DNA of 64,000 nucleotides from Clostridia bacterium (GTDB lineage Bacteria; Bacillota; Clostridia; Oscillospirales; QAKW01): NCBI GenBank assembly GCA_017937065.1, contig JAGBEI010000014.1, positions 71,154 to 135,153 of the forward strand, read 5' to 3'. Shown piece by piece: positions 55,444 to 64,000 of this stretch (position 1 is its first letter; each line of letters starts with the position of its first letter). The notes under the pieces were generated by a model. It saw only the letters and a program-made list of their open reading frames with translations, ran no database searches and was not told where the DNA came from. The position numbers and the translations under genes were made by a program.

Positions 55444-56400
55444 ATGTCGGTAAGGTCGATGGTGCTTGAGATACTGGAGCAAAACCGTGAAAGCGATATT
55501 TCGGGTGAGCGTATGGCGCAGCAGACGGGCGTGTCCCGCAATTCAGTCTGGAAGGCGATAAACGCGCTGCGTGCCGAAGGGTACGATATTCTGTCCGCCA
55601 CGAATAAAGGATACCGCATAGCGCCGGACTGTGATATACTTTCCGCCGAGGGTATCGGTGTCAATATGCAGGCGAAAATTCCCGTTTTTGTCTATAAAAC
55701 AACCGATTCCACAAACGTGCGCGCCAAGCAGTATCTTGCGGAAAATGAGTGTGAGCGTGCGGTTTTTGCGGCGGAGGAGCAGACCGCGGGTCGCGGCAGG
55801 CTGGGGCGTTCATTTTACTCGCCTTACGGAAAGGGAGTGTATATGAGCTATGTATTTTCTCCCAACACCGAGGTCGCAAACGCGGTTTCGGTGACGGCGG
55901 CAGCGTCCGTTGCGGTGGTGCGCGCGCTTGAAAAGCTGCTGGGCGTGCACGCGATGATTAAATGGGTCAATGATATTTATGTTGACAACAAAAAGCTGTG
56001 CGGTATACTTACAGAGGCTGTTACAAATTACGAGACGGGTATTGTGTCGCACATTGTCATCGGCATCGGCGTGAATTTTTCAACGGACGTCTTTCCGGAC
56101 GACATAGCCGAAACCGCCTGCTCGCTGGGTGTTTACAGCGGTGTTACGCGCAATATGCTTATTGCTCAGATATCCGATAATCTGACGCAGATAACGCAGG
56201 ATTTGGAGGACAGGTCGTATTTTGAAACCTATCGGGAGCGTATGCTTGTGCTGGGGCACGATATAACGTATTATGCCGACGGGAAGTCATATGCCGCTCA
56301 CGCAGTTGACGTGGACACGGGCGGCGGGCTTGTCGTCTGTGACGACAACGGAAATGAAAAAATACTGCGCTCCGGTGAAATTACGGTGCGGCTGCGCTGA
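55444..56400 (+). CDS. birA: bifunctional biotin--[acetyl-CoA-carboxylase] ligase / biotin operon repressor
   Basis: N-terminal HTH, the TAGRGRLGRSF motif, and a C-terminal SH3-like domain. Confidence 0.9.
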   Translation: MSVRSMVLEILEQNRESDISGERMAQQTGVSRNSVWKAINALRAEGYDILSATNKGYRIAPDCDILSAEGIGVNMQAKIPVFVYKTTDSTNVRAKQYLAENECERAVFAAEEQTAGRGRLGRSFYSPYGKGVYMSYVFSPNTEVANAVSVTAAASVAVVRALEKLLGVHAMIKWVNDIYVDNKKLCGILTEAVTNYETGIVSHIVIGIGVNFSTDVFPDDIAETACSLGVYSGVTRNMLIAQISDNLTQITQDLEDRSYFETYRERMLVLGHDITYYADGKSYAAHAVDVDTGGGLVVCDDNGNEKILRSGEITVRLR

Positions 56401-56524
56401 AAAACTGCACAAAATTCCGCGGCGTTTTATGTGTGATTTGCTGAATTTTTAATATTTTTGCGCAAAATGCAGCGTTTTTACCTTCTGATGTGTAATATAT
56501 GTAAAATTATAAGGGGGAAAACAT

Positions 56525-57043
56525 ATGAAACGCATTGCAAAACGGCTGACATTACTGCTTGTGACTGTCCTTGTGGTGTTTGCGCTTTATTCCTGTAAGC
56601 GCGGCGCGACCGCCGATATTGGTTCGGGAAAGGATTTGCCGGCTGCTGCAAAAAGCGCCGCGGATACGCATGAGCACACGCCGTTTGAGGAGAATAATAT
56701 TGTTGAACACGAGGCGCAGGGATACTGCGGAAATACCTATACGACAGTTGAATACAGTCCGGACGGCAAAACGCTGTGGAGAAGGTCGTTTATGGCTTCA
56801 AATTCGATAGCGGTTGTGGATATGCTGAGCTATTTGAACTATAACGACAAGATATGTGAATGTAAGCCCGAGTACAATGTTTACACGGAGGGCGGACGTA
56901 TTTACGGCGTGAGCTTAGAGCACGGCTTTGTCCGCGCGGATACCGCACAGGTTGATCTGACGGCAGAGCAGCTTGAAAGGCTCAGAGAGATTTTTGACGC
57001 CGTCGAAAATATGACTGATGCTACCGCTTTTGATGTAGATTGA
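56525..57043 (+). CDS. lipoprotein of unknown function
   Basis: Lipobox ALYSC and a GGGGGA RBS. Confidence 0.6.
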   Translation: MKRIAKRLTLLLVTVLVVFALYSCKRGATADIGSGKDLPAAAKSAADTHEHTPFEENNIVEHEAQGYCGNTYTTVEYSPDGKTLWRRSFMASNSIAVVDMLSYLNYNDKICECKPEYNVYTEGGRIYGVSLEHGFVRADTAQVDLTAEQLERLREIFDAVENMTDATAFDVD

Positions 57044-57047
57044 TAAA

Positions 57048-57086
57048 AAGCAATACCGCACAGATTGTGCGGTATTGCTTTCATTT
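57048..57086. terminator. bidirectional intrinsic terminator
   Basis: AAGCAATACCGCAC, loop AGATT, GTGCGGTATTGCTT. Confidence 0.85.
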
Positions 57087-57138
57087 ATACGCGGCGATAA
57101 AATATACCGCTTTATGCGTCGTTTTTAAAGAGTATGGC

Positions 57139-57321
57139 TTAGAGTGACTGCTCGCCTCTCTCGATGAGCTTCTTAACCATGTTACCGCCTACGGAACCGG
57201 CCTGAGCTGCTGTGATGTTGCCATTGTAACCCTCTTTCAAATCGACACCGATTTCACGAGCTACTTCAAACTTCATTTTATCAAGAGCACTTTTGGCATT
57301 CTTTTTGATTTCGTTGTTCAT
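57139..57321 (-). CDS. alpha/beta-type small acid-soluble spore protein
   Basis: 60 aa with KFEVAREIGV and GSVGGNMVKKLI signatures. GAGGAGGTG RBS. Confidence 0.9.
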   Translation of the reverse strand: MNNEIKKNAKSALDKMKFEVAREIGVDLKEGYNGNITAAQAGSVGGNMVKKLIERGEQSL

Positions 57322-57420
57322 TCATTTTCACCTCCTCTTTCAGGTTTCAATAGTAGTTTGGGCGGTTAAATGAATTTAATACAATGTAAAATATAGTGTA
57401 AAAAGAAAATTTCACCTGCG

Positions 57421-59442
57421 TCAGTCGAGACTGTAAATTTCAAACAGCCTTGTTACATTTGACTTTATTTCGGGATGGTTTTCAAGCCCCGGGTCGTCCG
57501 CTAAAAGTCTTTTTGCACATTCCGTTGCCCGGCAGACGGTTTCGGAATCTTCCGTAAGATCGGCAATGCGCATTTGCGGCAGTCCGTGCTGCTGAGCACC
57601 GAAAAAGTTGCCGGGGCCGCGCAGTGACAAATCTTTTTTCGCAATTTCAAAGCCGTCGGTCGTTTTTGCAAAAAAATCAAGTCGCTGTACGGCGGCATCG
57701 CTGTCACTATCGCTTATCAGCACGCAGAACGATGCGCGGCTGCCGCGTCCTACGCGCCCTCTCAGCTGGTGCAGCTGGGAAAGTCCGAACCTGTCCGCGC
57801 CGTCAATTATCATAAGCGTCGCATTAGGTACGTTTACGCCAACCTCGATTACGGTGGTGGATACCAGCACCTTTATTTTTCCGTCGTAAAAAAGCTGCAT
57901 GACGCGGTCCTTGTCCGCACCTCTCATCTTTCCGTAAACAAGTCCTACGCTGTCTTTGCCGAAAACCGCGGCAAGCTCGTCTTTTTTCGTTTTCGCTGCG
58001 GCAGGGCAGGTCTCGCTTTCGGCATCCTCCTCAACGGCAGGGCATACATAGTATACCTGTCCGCCGTCGCTGATATTCCTCTCTATAAATTTCATAATCC
58101 GCGCATTGTAAGCGGAATTTACAAGATAGGTCTTTATCTGCTGTCTGCCGTCGGGCAGTGCGTCGATAACCGACAGGTCAAGGTCGCCCCACAGCATAAG
58201 CGCAAGTGTGCGCGGAATGGGAGTGGCGCTCATTACAAGTATGTGCACTCCCCTGCCCTTTTGTGCAAGCTCTGTACGCTGCATAACGCCGAAACGGTGC
58301 TGCTCGTCGGTGATAACAAGACCTAAGTTTGCAAATACCACATCTTTCTGTAAAACGGCGTGCGTTCCGATTACAAGCTGTATCTTACCGCTTTTCAGCA
58401 GGTTTTTGATTTCCCGCTTTTGCGCGGCGCCGACAGAGGACGTGAGCAGCGCGCAGGTTATTCCCAAGGGCGCCATCATTTTTTTAAAATAGTGAAAATG
58501 CTGGTTTGCCAGAACCTCGGTCGGCGCCATCACGGCAGCCTGAGCGCCCGCCCTGATAACGGCAAATGCGCACTGCCCCGCAACAAGCGTTTTGCCCGAG
58601 CCGACATCGCCCTGTAAAAGACGATGCATTGAGTACCCGCTTTGTAAGTCACGGTAAATCTCTTGCAGCGCACGGTTTTGCGCGTCTGTCGGCAGGAAGC
58701 TGTGAGCTTTCAGAAATTCTTCGGGTATACTTTGCGGTATAACCGCGGCGGCGGGCGTCCTTTCTCTGTTTTTCATTATTTGCAGACCGAGACTGAAATA
58801 TAACAGCTCCTCAAAAATCAATCTGTATTTCGCGGCTGCAATGTCGCTTGTGCTTTGCGGCGTATGTATTTTTCTGATTGACTTATCAAGGGATATAAGT
58901 CCGTAATCGGAAATGATTTCAGGCGGAAGTGTTTCTGCAAAATGTGTTCTGTCCAGAGCCAAAAGCGCTGTTTTGCGCATAAAGCTCTGTGAAATGCCCG
59001 ATGTCAGCGGGTATACGGGCAGCAGTCTGCCGTTTTCCGGCAGGCGGCGGTAATGCTCGGGATTGTAAATGACCGGAGTGCCGCTGACGGCGATTTTGCC
59101 GTAAAAAAGATACCGTTCTCCGTTTTTAAGGCTGCTTTTGATGAATTTATTATTAAAATAGGAAATGCTTGTCGCGCCGCTGTCATCGCATACGGGCACG
59201 ATTGTCAAAAGCCTGCCGCCGCTCAGCCTTTTTTCGGTGATGACACCGCATACCTTAGCATACATTGTTACTTTTTCGCCGCGGTGTGCGCCCGCGTCTG
59301 CAATATCAATTATGTTGCCAAGGTCGTCATACCTGCGCGGATACAGTCTTAAAAGCTCGGATACGGTATGTATTCCCAGCCTTTCAAAATATTTTGCGCG
59401 CGTGTCGCCTACGCCCGAAAGTGACTTTATGCTTTCATCCAT
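57421..59442 (-). CDS. recG: ATP-dependent DNA helicase RecG
   Basis: Wedge/OB N-terminus, Walker A GDVGSGKT, DEQHRFG, and the TRG motif region. Confidence 0.93.
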   Translation of the reverse strand: MDESIKSLSGVGDTRAKYFERLGIHTVSELLRLYPRRYDDLGNIIDIADAGAHRGEKVTMYAKVCGVITEKRLSGGRLLTIVPVCDDSGATSISYFNNKFIKSSLKNGERYLFYGKIAVSGTPVIYNPEHYRRLPENGRLLPVYPLTSGISQSFMRKTALLALDRTHFAETLPPEIISDYGLISLDKSIRKIHTPQSTSDIAAAKYRLIFEELLYFSLGLQIMKNRERTPAAAVIPQSIPEEFLKAHSFLPTDAQNRALQEIYRDLQSGYSMHRLLQGDVGSGKTLVAGQCAFAVIRAGAQAAVMAPTEVLANQHFHYFKKMMAPLGITCALLTSSVGAAQKREIKNLLKSGKIQLVIGTHAVLQKDVVFANLGLVITDEQHRFGVMQRTELAQKGRGVHILVMSATPIPRTLALMLWGDLDLSVIDALPDGRQQIKTYLVNSAYNARIMKFIERNISDGGQVYYVCPAVEEDAESETCPAAAKTKKDELAAVFGKDSVGLVYGKMRGADKDRVMQLFYDGKIKVLVSTTVIEVGVNVPNATLMIIDGADRFGLSQLHQLRGRVGRGSRASFCVLISDSDSDAAVQRLDFFAKTTDGFEIAKKDLSLRGPGNFFGAQQHGLPQMRIADLTEDSETVCRATECAKRLLADDPGLENHPEIKSNVTRLFEIYSLD

Positions 59443-59558
59443 AGTTTTTACCTCTCTGCATATTATATATAATCAGAGATAAAATTTCAACAAGGCATTG
59501 AATTTCGGTTTGATTTAAAATAAAATAGAAATGAAAAAATTAAAAGGACGGGTTAAAT

Positions 59559-60269
59559 ATGCTTGCTTTGATAACGGGAGGTTCGGGCGCTGTCGGTTCA
59601 ATGTGCGCCTATGAGGCGGCGCGGCTGAATTATGATATTGTTTTGGGATATAATTCTGATGAGAAGGGAGCCCTCAGCGTTAAGAGTATGCTGTCCGATT
59701 TCCGGGCAAAGATTGTGCCTGTGCGTGCGGATATCCAAACGCCCGAGGGCAGAAATGCGCTTGCGGCTGCGGCGGCGGAGCTTGGCGGTGCAGATGTTCT
59801 TGTCAATAACGCGGGCGCTGCGAAAATCAGCGCTTTTCTTGACACAAAGGAATCCGATACGCAGCAGCTTTTGGCTTTAAATCTTGCCGCGCATATTGAC
59901 CTTACAAGGCTTATCATTCCTCAGATGCTGCGAAAGCGTGCCGGCGCTGTTGTCAATATTTCTTCAGTTTGGGGCGTGCAGGGCGCGTCCTGCGAGGTGC
60001 TGTACAGCAGTGCAAAGGCGGGAGTTATCGGCTTTACAAAGGCGCTTGCAAAGGAGCTTGCGGCGGACGGAATAACGGTCAACTGCGTAGCGCCCGGCTG
60101 TATACGCTCAAAAATGCTGGACGGTCTGAGTGAGCGGGAACTATGCGAAAAAATCCCGCTTGGCAGGCTGGGAGACGGGCTTGAGGTTGCGCGCGCGGTA
60201 TTTTTCTTAGCGCGGCACGGTTATATTACGGGTCAGACTCTGTCTGTCGACGGCGGCATGGCGATATAA
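59559..60269 (+). CDS. SDR-family oxidoreductase (FabG-like)
   Basis: TGGSGAVG, NNAG and YSSAK motifs. Confidence 0.85.
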   Translation: MLALITGGSGAVGSMCAYEAARLNYDIVLGYNSDEKGALSVKSMLSDFRAKIVPVRADIQTPEGRNALAAAAAELGGADVLVNNAGAAKISAFLDTKESDTQQLLALNLAAHIDLTRLIIPQMLRKRAGAVVNISSVWGVQGASCEVLYSSAKAGVIGFTKALAKELAADGITVNCVAPGCIRSKMLDGLSERELCEKIPLGRLGDGLEVARAVFFLARHGYITGQTLSVDGGMAI

Positions 60270-60323
60270 AAAATATCTATCTGTTTTAAGATTTTTTGCC
60301 GATTAATCGTCCATACTTTAAGT

Positions 60324-61457
60324 ATGGACAATTTTTTTATAAAAAAATATCCCGCCGTTAAAAACAAAAGCTTTGTGCGTCTGTTGACTTCACAGCTTTT
60401 GTCGCAGTCGGGCGGATATATACAAAACGTGGCGCTGAGCGCGCTTATAACCGAGATGACGGGCAGCCGCATGTCGCTCGGTATTTTTTTGTGTGTGTCT
60501 TATGCGCCCGTTTTCCTGTTCTCTTATTTTGCGGGCAGGCTTACGCGGAAAATTCCTGCAAAGCATATGCTTATTGCCACGGAAATACTGCTGCTTGCAA
60601 TGTCATCGGCGCTTATTTTTTTAAGTGAAATGCCGTTTTGGGGCTTTCTTGTTTTTGGTGCGCTGTGGGGTACTGTCCGTGCATTTCAGACCCCGGCGGC
60701 AACCTCCATGCCAAAGCTTATGTGTGACAGGGACGCGCTGCCGTCCGGCGTTGCGGCGCTCAGCCTTGCCATGTCGCTGTCGCGCGCCGCGGGACCTATC
60801 ATTTCGGGTGTGCTGTATACTTCGCTTTCCTACCGCGCGGCTTTTATCGCAAACGCGCTCAGTTATATTCCGTCGCTGTTTTTGCTGTGGGGAATAAAGG
60901 TTAACACTCATAAAGCCGATAGCACGGGCAAAAAGGGAAAAATGCAGCTGAGCATTCCCCTGCTTGCGGTGGTGTTTGCGGTATCGCTTGTCGGTACGGC
61001 GTACAATCTCATATTCACGGGACTTTCGGAAAAGCTTGCGCTGTCCCGTATCTGGTTTTCGGTGTTTATGGCGCTTATCGGTGCAGGCGCCGTTATAGGT
61101 GCGTATATCATGTCCGGAAAGAAAAAATTTATTTGGGCGGCGCTCGGAATTGCGGGCGCGGCCGGTGTACTGGCGGTATCGGGCAGCGTTTTTGTTATCT
61201 GCCCTGTCGTTCTTGTCTACGGTTTGTCCGATTATCTGTTTTTTACCTCTGCACTCACGAAAATTCAGGAGGAAAACAATGAGAATTCCATTGCCGGCGC
61301 AATGGGGGTTTATACTATTGTGACAACCGGTGCACTGCCGCTCGGTTTTTTGGCTCTGGGATATTTGACACAGGCTTTGCCGATATCCTCTGTGCTGTGT
61401 ATTATTGCCGTATGTGTTGCGGGAACATATCTGGTATTTTCTCGAAAAATTCGTTGA
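60324..61457 (+). CDS. MFS transporter
   Basis: Hydrophobic profile of about 11-12 TMs. The start is uncertain: the ATG at 60324 lies in the right arm of the upstream terminator hairpin (GTCCATACT/AGTATGGAC) and has no RBS. Confidence 0.7.
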   Translation: MDNFFIKKYPAVKNKSFVRLLTSQLLSQSGGYIQNVALSALITEMTGSRMSLGIFLCVSYAPVFLFSYFAGRLTRKIPAKHMLIATEILLLAMSSALIFLSEMPFWGFLVFGALWGTVRAFQTPAATSMPKLMCDRDALPSGVAALSLAMSLSRAAGPIISGVLYTSLSYRAAFIANALSYIPSLFLLWGIKVNTHKADSTGKKGKMQLSIPLLAVVFAVSLVGTAYNLIFTGLSEKLALSRIWFSVFMALIGAGAVIGAYIMSGKKKFIWAALGIAGAAGVLAVSGSVFVICPVVLVYGLSDYLFFTSALTKIQEENNENSIAGAMGVYTIVTTGALPLGFLALGYLTQALPISSVLCIIAVCVAGTYLVFSRKIR

Positions 61458-61460
61458 CAT

Positions 61461-61488
61461 TTGACTTTTTTGTGATAAACTATATAAT
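61461..61488 (+). promoter_or_regulatory. sigma-A-type promoter for the decarboxylase operon
   Basis: TTGACT, 16-nt spacer, TATAAT. Confidence 0.5.
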
Positions 61489-61526
61489 GACGAAAAATTT
61501 GGAATTAATATAAGGAGATGACAATA

Positions 61527-62906
61527 ATGAAGGTGAATTTTACCGAAACGGTGCTGCGTGACGCAAACCAGTCGTTAATTGCAACACGTCTGCCGTTTGA
61601 AAAATTTGCACCTATTCTGTCCGACATGAACAAGGCAGGGTACTACTCTGTCGAGTGCTGGGGCGGCGCTACCTTTGACAGCTGTCTGCGCTTTCTTAAC
61701 GAAGATCCGTGGGAGAGACTCAGAAAAATCAGGCAAGCAATGCCCGATACCAAGCTTCAGATGCTGCTTCGCGGACAAAATCTATTGGGTTATAAGCATT
61801 ATCCCGACGATGTTGTGAGAAAGTTTGTTGAGCTGTCCGTTAAAAACGGAATTGATATTATCCGTATCTTCGATGCGCTTAACGATGTGCGCAATATACG
61901 TGTCGCCGTCGAGGAAACAGTAAAGCACGGCGCTCATGCGTCCGGAGCCATCTCCTACACCACAAGCCCCGTTCATAATCTTGAAAGCTATGTTAAGCTT
62001 GCAAAGGAAATGGAGAACATGGGCGTATCCTCCGTCTGTATCAAGGATATGGCGGGCGTTATGTCTCCGAGGGAGGCATATGAGCTTGTAAAGGCACTCA
62101 AGGAGAATATTAAGGTTCCCGTTGTCGTGCACACGCACTGTACCGCAGGGCTTGCATTCATGACATATCTCAAGGCGGTTGAGGCCGGCGCAGATGTCAT
62201 CGATACCGCTACCTCCTGTTTTTCGGGCGGCACGTCTCAGCCCGCAACCGAAACTCTTGCATATGCACTCAGGGATTTGGGCTATGAGGTATCTCTTGAC
62301 GATAAAATTCTTTCAAAGGTCAATTCTTTCTTCGCACCTATCAGAAACGAGTATCTGCAAAACGGAACGCTTGATCCGCTGATGATGGCGACGGATACCG
62401 CATGCCTTGATTATAAGGTTCCGGGCGGCATGCTGTCTAACCTTGTTTCACAGCTTAAAATGCAGAATGCAATGGATAAATTCGACGATGTTCTGGCAGA
62501 AGTGCCCAAGGTTCGCGCAGAGCTGGGCTATCCGCCGCTTGTAACTCCGATGAGCCAGATGGTCGGCGTTCAGGCTGCACAGAATGTGCTGCTGGGCGAG
62601 CGCTATAAGAGTATCGGCAAAGAGGTTAAGGCGTATGTACGCGGTGAGTACGGACGTGCGCCCGGCGAAATTGACGCTGAAATCGTCAAAAAGGTACTGG
62701 GCGATGAAAAGCCGATAACGCATCGTCCTGCGGACGATCTTGCGGACGAGTTTGAAGCAACAAAGGCAAAGCTCGGCGATACTGCCAAGAGCGATGAGGA
62801 TGTGCTTTCGTATATCGCATTCCCGCAGGTCGCGGAAAAATTCTTTGAAGAACGCCGCAAGTCAGAGGAAAACACTTTTGTTTACTCTATAAGACGTATT
62901 GATTAG
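61527..62906 (+). CDS. carboxyltransferase (alpha) subunit of a Na+-translocating decarboxylase / pyruvate carboxylase subunit B-like, without a biotinyl domain
   Basis: LRDANQS with a HMGL-like TIM barrel, and no AMKM motif. The ATG at 61527 is 8 nt after AAGGAG. Confidence 0.85.
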   Translation: MKVNFTETVLRDANQSLIATRLPFEKFAPILSDMNKAGYYSVECWGGATFDSCLRFLNEDPWERLRKIRQAMPDTKLQMLLRGQNLLGYKHYPDDVVRKFVELSVKNGIDIIRIFDALNDVRNIRVAVEETVKHGAHASGAISYTTSPVHNLESYVKLAKEMENMGVSSVCIKDMAGVMSPREAYELVKALKENIKVPVVVHTHCTAGLAFMTYLKAVEAGADVIDTATSCFSGGTSQPATETLAYALRDLGYEVSLDDKILSKVNSFFAPIRNEYLQNGTLDPLMMATDTACLDYKVPGGMLSNLVSQLKMQNAMDKFDDVLAEVPKVRAELGYPPLVTPMSQMVGVQAAQNVLLGERYKSIGKEVKAYVRGEYGRAPGEIDAEIVKKVLGDEKPITHRPADDLADEFEATKAKLGDTAKSDEDVLSYIAFPQVAEKFFEERRKSEENTFVYSIRRID

Positions 62907-62919
62907 GAGGAGTGATTTT

Positions 62920-63264
62920 ATGAGTTCTTATGAAAATCCCTCTATCGCCGACGCACTGCTTATCGCGCTTGTCGGATTTGCTACGGTTTTTGTAGTGCTT
63001 ATTGTCCTGATGGGAATAATCGTGCTCATTTCCAGGATATTCGGCGAGAAAAAGGCTGTCTCCGACGCCCTGCCCGATGCTGTGCCTGAGGCTGCACCCG
63101 GTGTCTCAGCTGCTGCCACGCAGGAAAAAGAGGATAATTATACCGGCGTGAAGCTCAACGGAGTTGATGACAAAACAGCGGCGCTGCTTATGGCGATTGT
63201 TGCAAACAAGCTGAATAAGCCGCTTGATAATCTGAGATTTATTTCTGTCAGAGAGGTAAAATAA
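62920..63264 (+). CDS. OadG-family decarboxylase gamma subunit
   Basis: Single TM ([22 protein letters not shown]). The ATG at 62920 follows a GGAGGAG RBS. Confidence 0.7.
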   Translation: MSSYENPSIADALLIALVGFATVFVVLIVLMGIIVLISRIFGEKKAVSDALPDAVPEAAPGVSAAATQEKEDNYTGVKLNGVDDKTAALLMAIVANKLNKPLDNLRFISVREVK

Positions 63265-63265
63265 C

Positions 63266-63673
63266 ATGAAATATGAAGTTACATTAAACGGTAAGACATA
63301 CGAAATAGAGGTAGAAGAGGGCAAAGCGATAGTTTTGGATGAGCGTGCGGCGGCACCTGCCGCACCTGCGGCTCCCGCCCCCGCACCTGCGGTTCCCGCT
63401 CCCGCTGCTGCACCCGCACCCGCCGCTGCACCCGCAGCAGCTCCCGCTCCCGCCGGAAGCGGTACGCCTGTAAACGCGCCGCTGCCCGGTACGATACTTA
63501 GCGTGAACGTATCAGAAGGACAGCACGTAAAAGCGGGTGATGTGCTTGTAATTATTGAGGCCATGAAAATGGAAAATGAGATAATGGCGCCGGCTGACGG
63601 AACTGTTACCTCTGTTTCCGTTTCCAAAGGTCAGTCCGTTGAGAGCGGAACTGCACTTGTATATCTCGCATAG
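63266..63673 (+). CDS. biotin carboxyl carrier (biotin/lipoyl attachment) subunit
   Basis: Ala/Pro-rich linker and the EAMKMENEI biotinylation motif. Confidence 0.88.
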   Translation: MKYEVTLNGKTYEIEVEEGKAIVLDERAAAPAAPAAPAPAPAVPAPAAAPAPAAAPAAAPAPAGSGTPVNAPLPGTILSVNVSEGQHVKAGDVLVIIEAMKMENEIMAPADGTVTSVSVSKGQSVESGTALVYLA

Positions 63674-63688
63674 GGGGGGTAGAGACAA

Positions 63689-64000
63689 GTGAATATTATT
63701 ATTGAAACCTTACAGGGTATATGGGAAAGCTCCGGCTTTTCAAACATGACCTGGCAGTCTGCGGTCATGATTGTGCTTGCCTGCGTGCTCCTGTATCTCG
63801 GTATTGTCAAAAAGTTTGAGCCGCTGCTGCTTGTCGGTATTGCTTTCGGAATGCTGCTTACAAATCTGCCCGCGCCCGACGGTGCAACGGCAATATATAA
63901 TCCCGCACTGTGGGACGAGTTTATGGATGAGAGCTCGCAGTTCTATCACAGCTACGGTCATATTCTTTCAAACGGCGGATTTCTTGATATTTTGTATATA
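63689..64000 (+). CDS. Na+-translocating decarboxylase beta subunit (OadB/GcdB/MmdB family), N-terminal part; continues past the window
   Basis: GTG start 8 nt after GGGGGGT. My translation reads VNIIIETLQGIWESSGFSNMTWQSAVMIVLACVLLYLGIVKKFEPLLLVGIAFGMLLTNLP. The frame is open to the window end. This ORF is not in the supplied track. Confidence 0.75.
   Translation, partial: MNIIIETLQGIWESSGFSNMTWQSAVMIVLACVLLYLGIVKKFEPLLLVGIAFGMLLTNLPAPDGATAIYNPALWDEFMDESSQFYHSYGHILSNGGFLDILYI

Noticed and set aside
60309-60338. The SDR-gene terminator hairpin that contains the MFS ATG, considered as a regulatory device
   Set aside because: The more likely explanation is an uncertain start-codon call for the MFS gene. 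Alternatives are the in-frame GTG at 60375 and TTG at 60384. Evidence is insufficient for a mechanism.
63340-63470. Repetitive GCx/CCx DNA that could be mistaken for a tandem repeat or CRISPR-like array
   Set aside because: It encodes the Ala/Pro-rich flexible linker typical of biotin carrier proteins. There is no repeat-spacer periodicity.

Overview
64-kb chromosomal segment that looks like a spore-forming Clostridia-type Firmicute. Supporting genes are a Spo0A-like regulator, an alpha/beta SASP, YaaH/CwlD-type cortex enzymes and an SLH-anchored protein. I can support about 50 protein genes and one clear riboswitch. I saw no rRNA, tRNA, CRISPR array, transposase or integrase. Most of the window is tightly packed housekeeping. 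This includes a uppP-ftsK-two-component-SLOG operon, rny, a marR-MATE pair, an ABC/FtsX pair, alaX, a yebC-family gene, azlCD, a Na/Pi symporter, YhaO/YhaN-type nuclease genes, proS, an M23 peptidase, a PrsA-like foldase, an RlmD-type methyltransferase, cls, birA, recG and a Na+-decarboxylase operon that runs off the 3' edge. Eleven things deserve a second look. (1) An AT-rich islet at ~26.9-28.3 kb holds two tandem paralogous XRE regulators, a divergent 125-aa orphan, and a perfect consensus sigma-A promoter firing antisense through one regulator. (2) A 1227-aa single-chain nuclease-methylase-specificity protein sits alone between housekeeping genes. (3) An envelope operon (22.1-25.6 kb) encodes a membrane protein with two PLAT-like repeats and an acidic tail, a lipoprotein, and a catalytically degenerate half-EPSP-synthase. 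(4) The Spo0A-like protein has a receiver domain that lacks the acidic pocket and the conserved Lys. (5) An SLH protein carries one intact and one degenerate metallophosphoesterase module. (6) A lysine riboswitch controls an NhaC-family transporter that has an unusual signal-peptide-plus-acidic N-terminal extension. (7) A ~330-nt leader of unrecognised class, ending in a terminator, precedes the Na/Pi symporter. (8) Two perfect WalR-type direct repeats lie upstream of the LysM/M23 peptidase. (9) A pair of near-palindromic repeats lies in the marR promoter. (10) A near-duplicate hairpin pair flanks an orphan gene. (11) A YhaN-type ATPase has a membrane hairpin at its coiled-coil apex. All functional calls rest on motifs read by eye. 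No database search was run.
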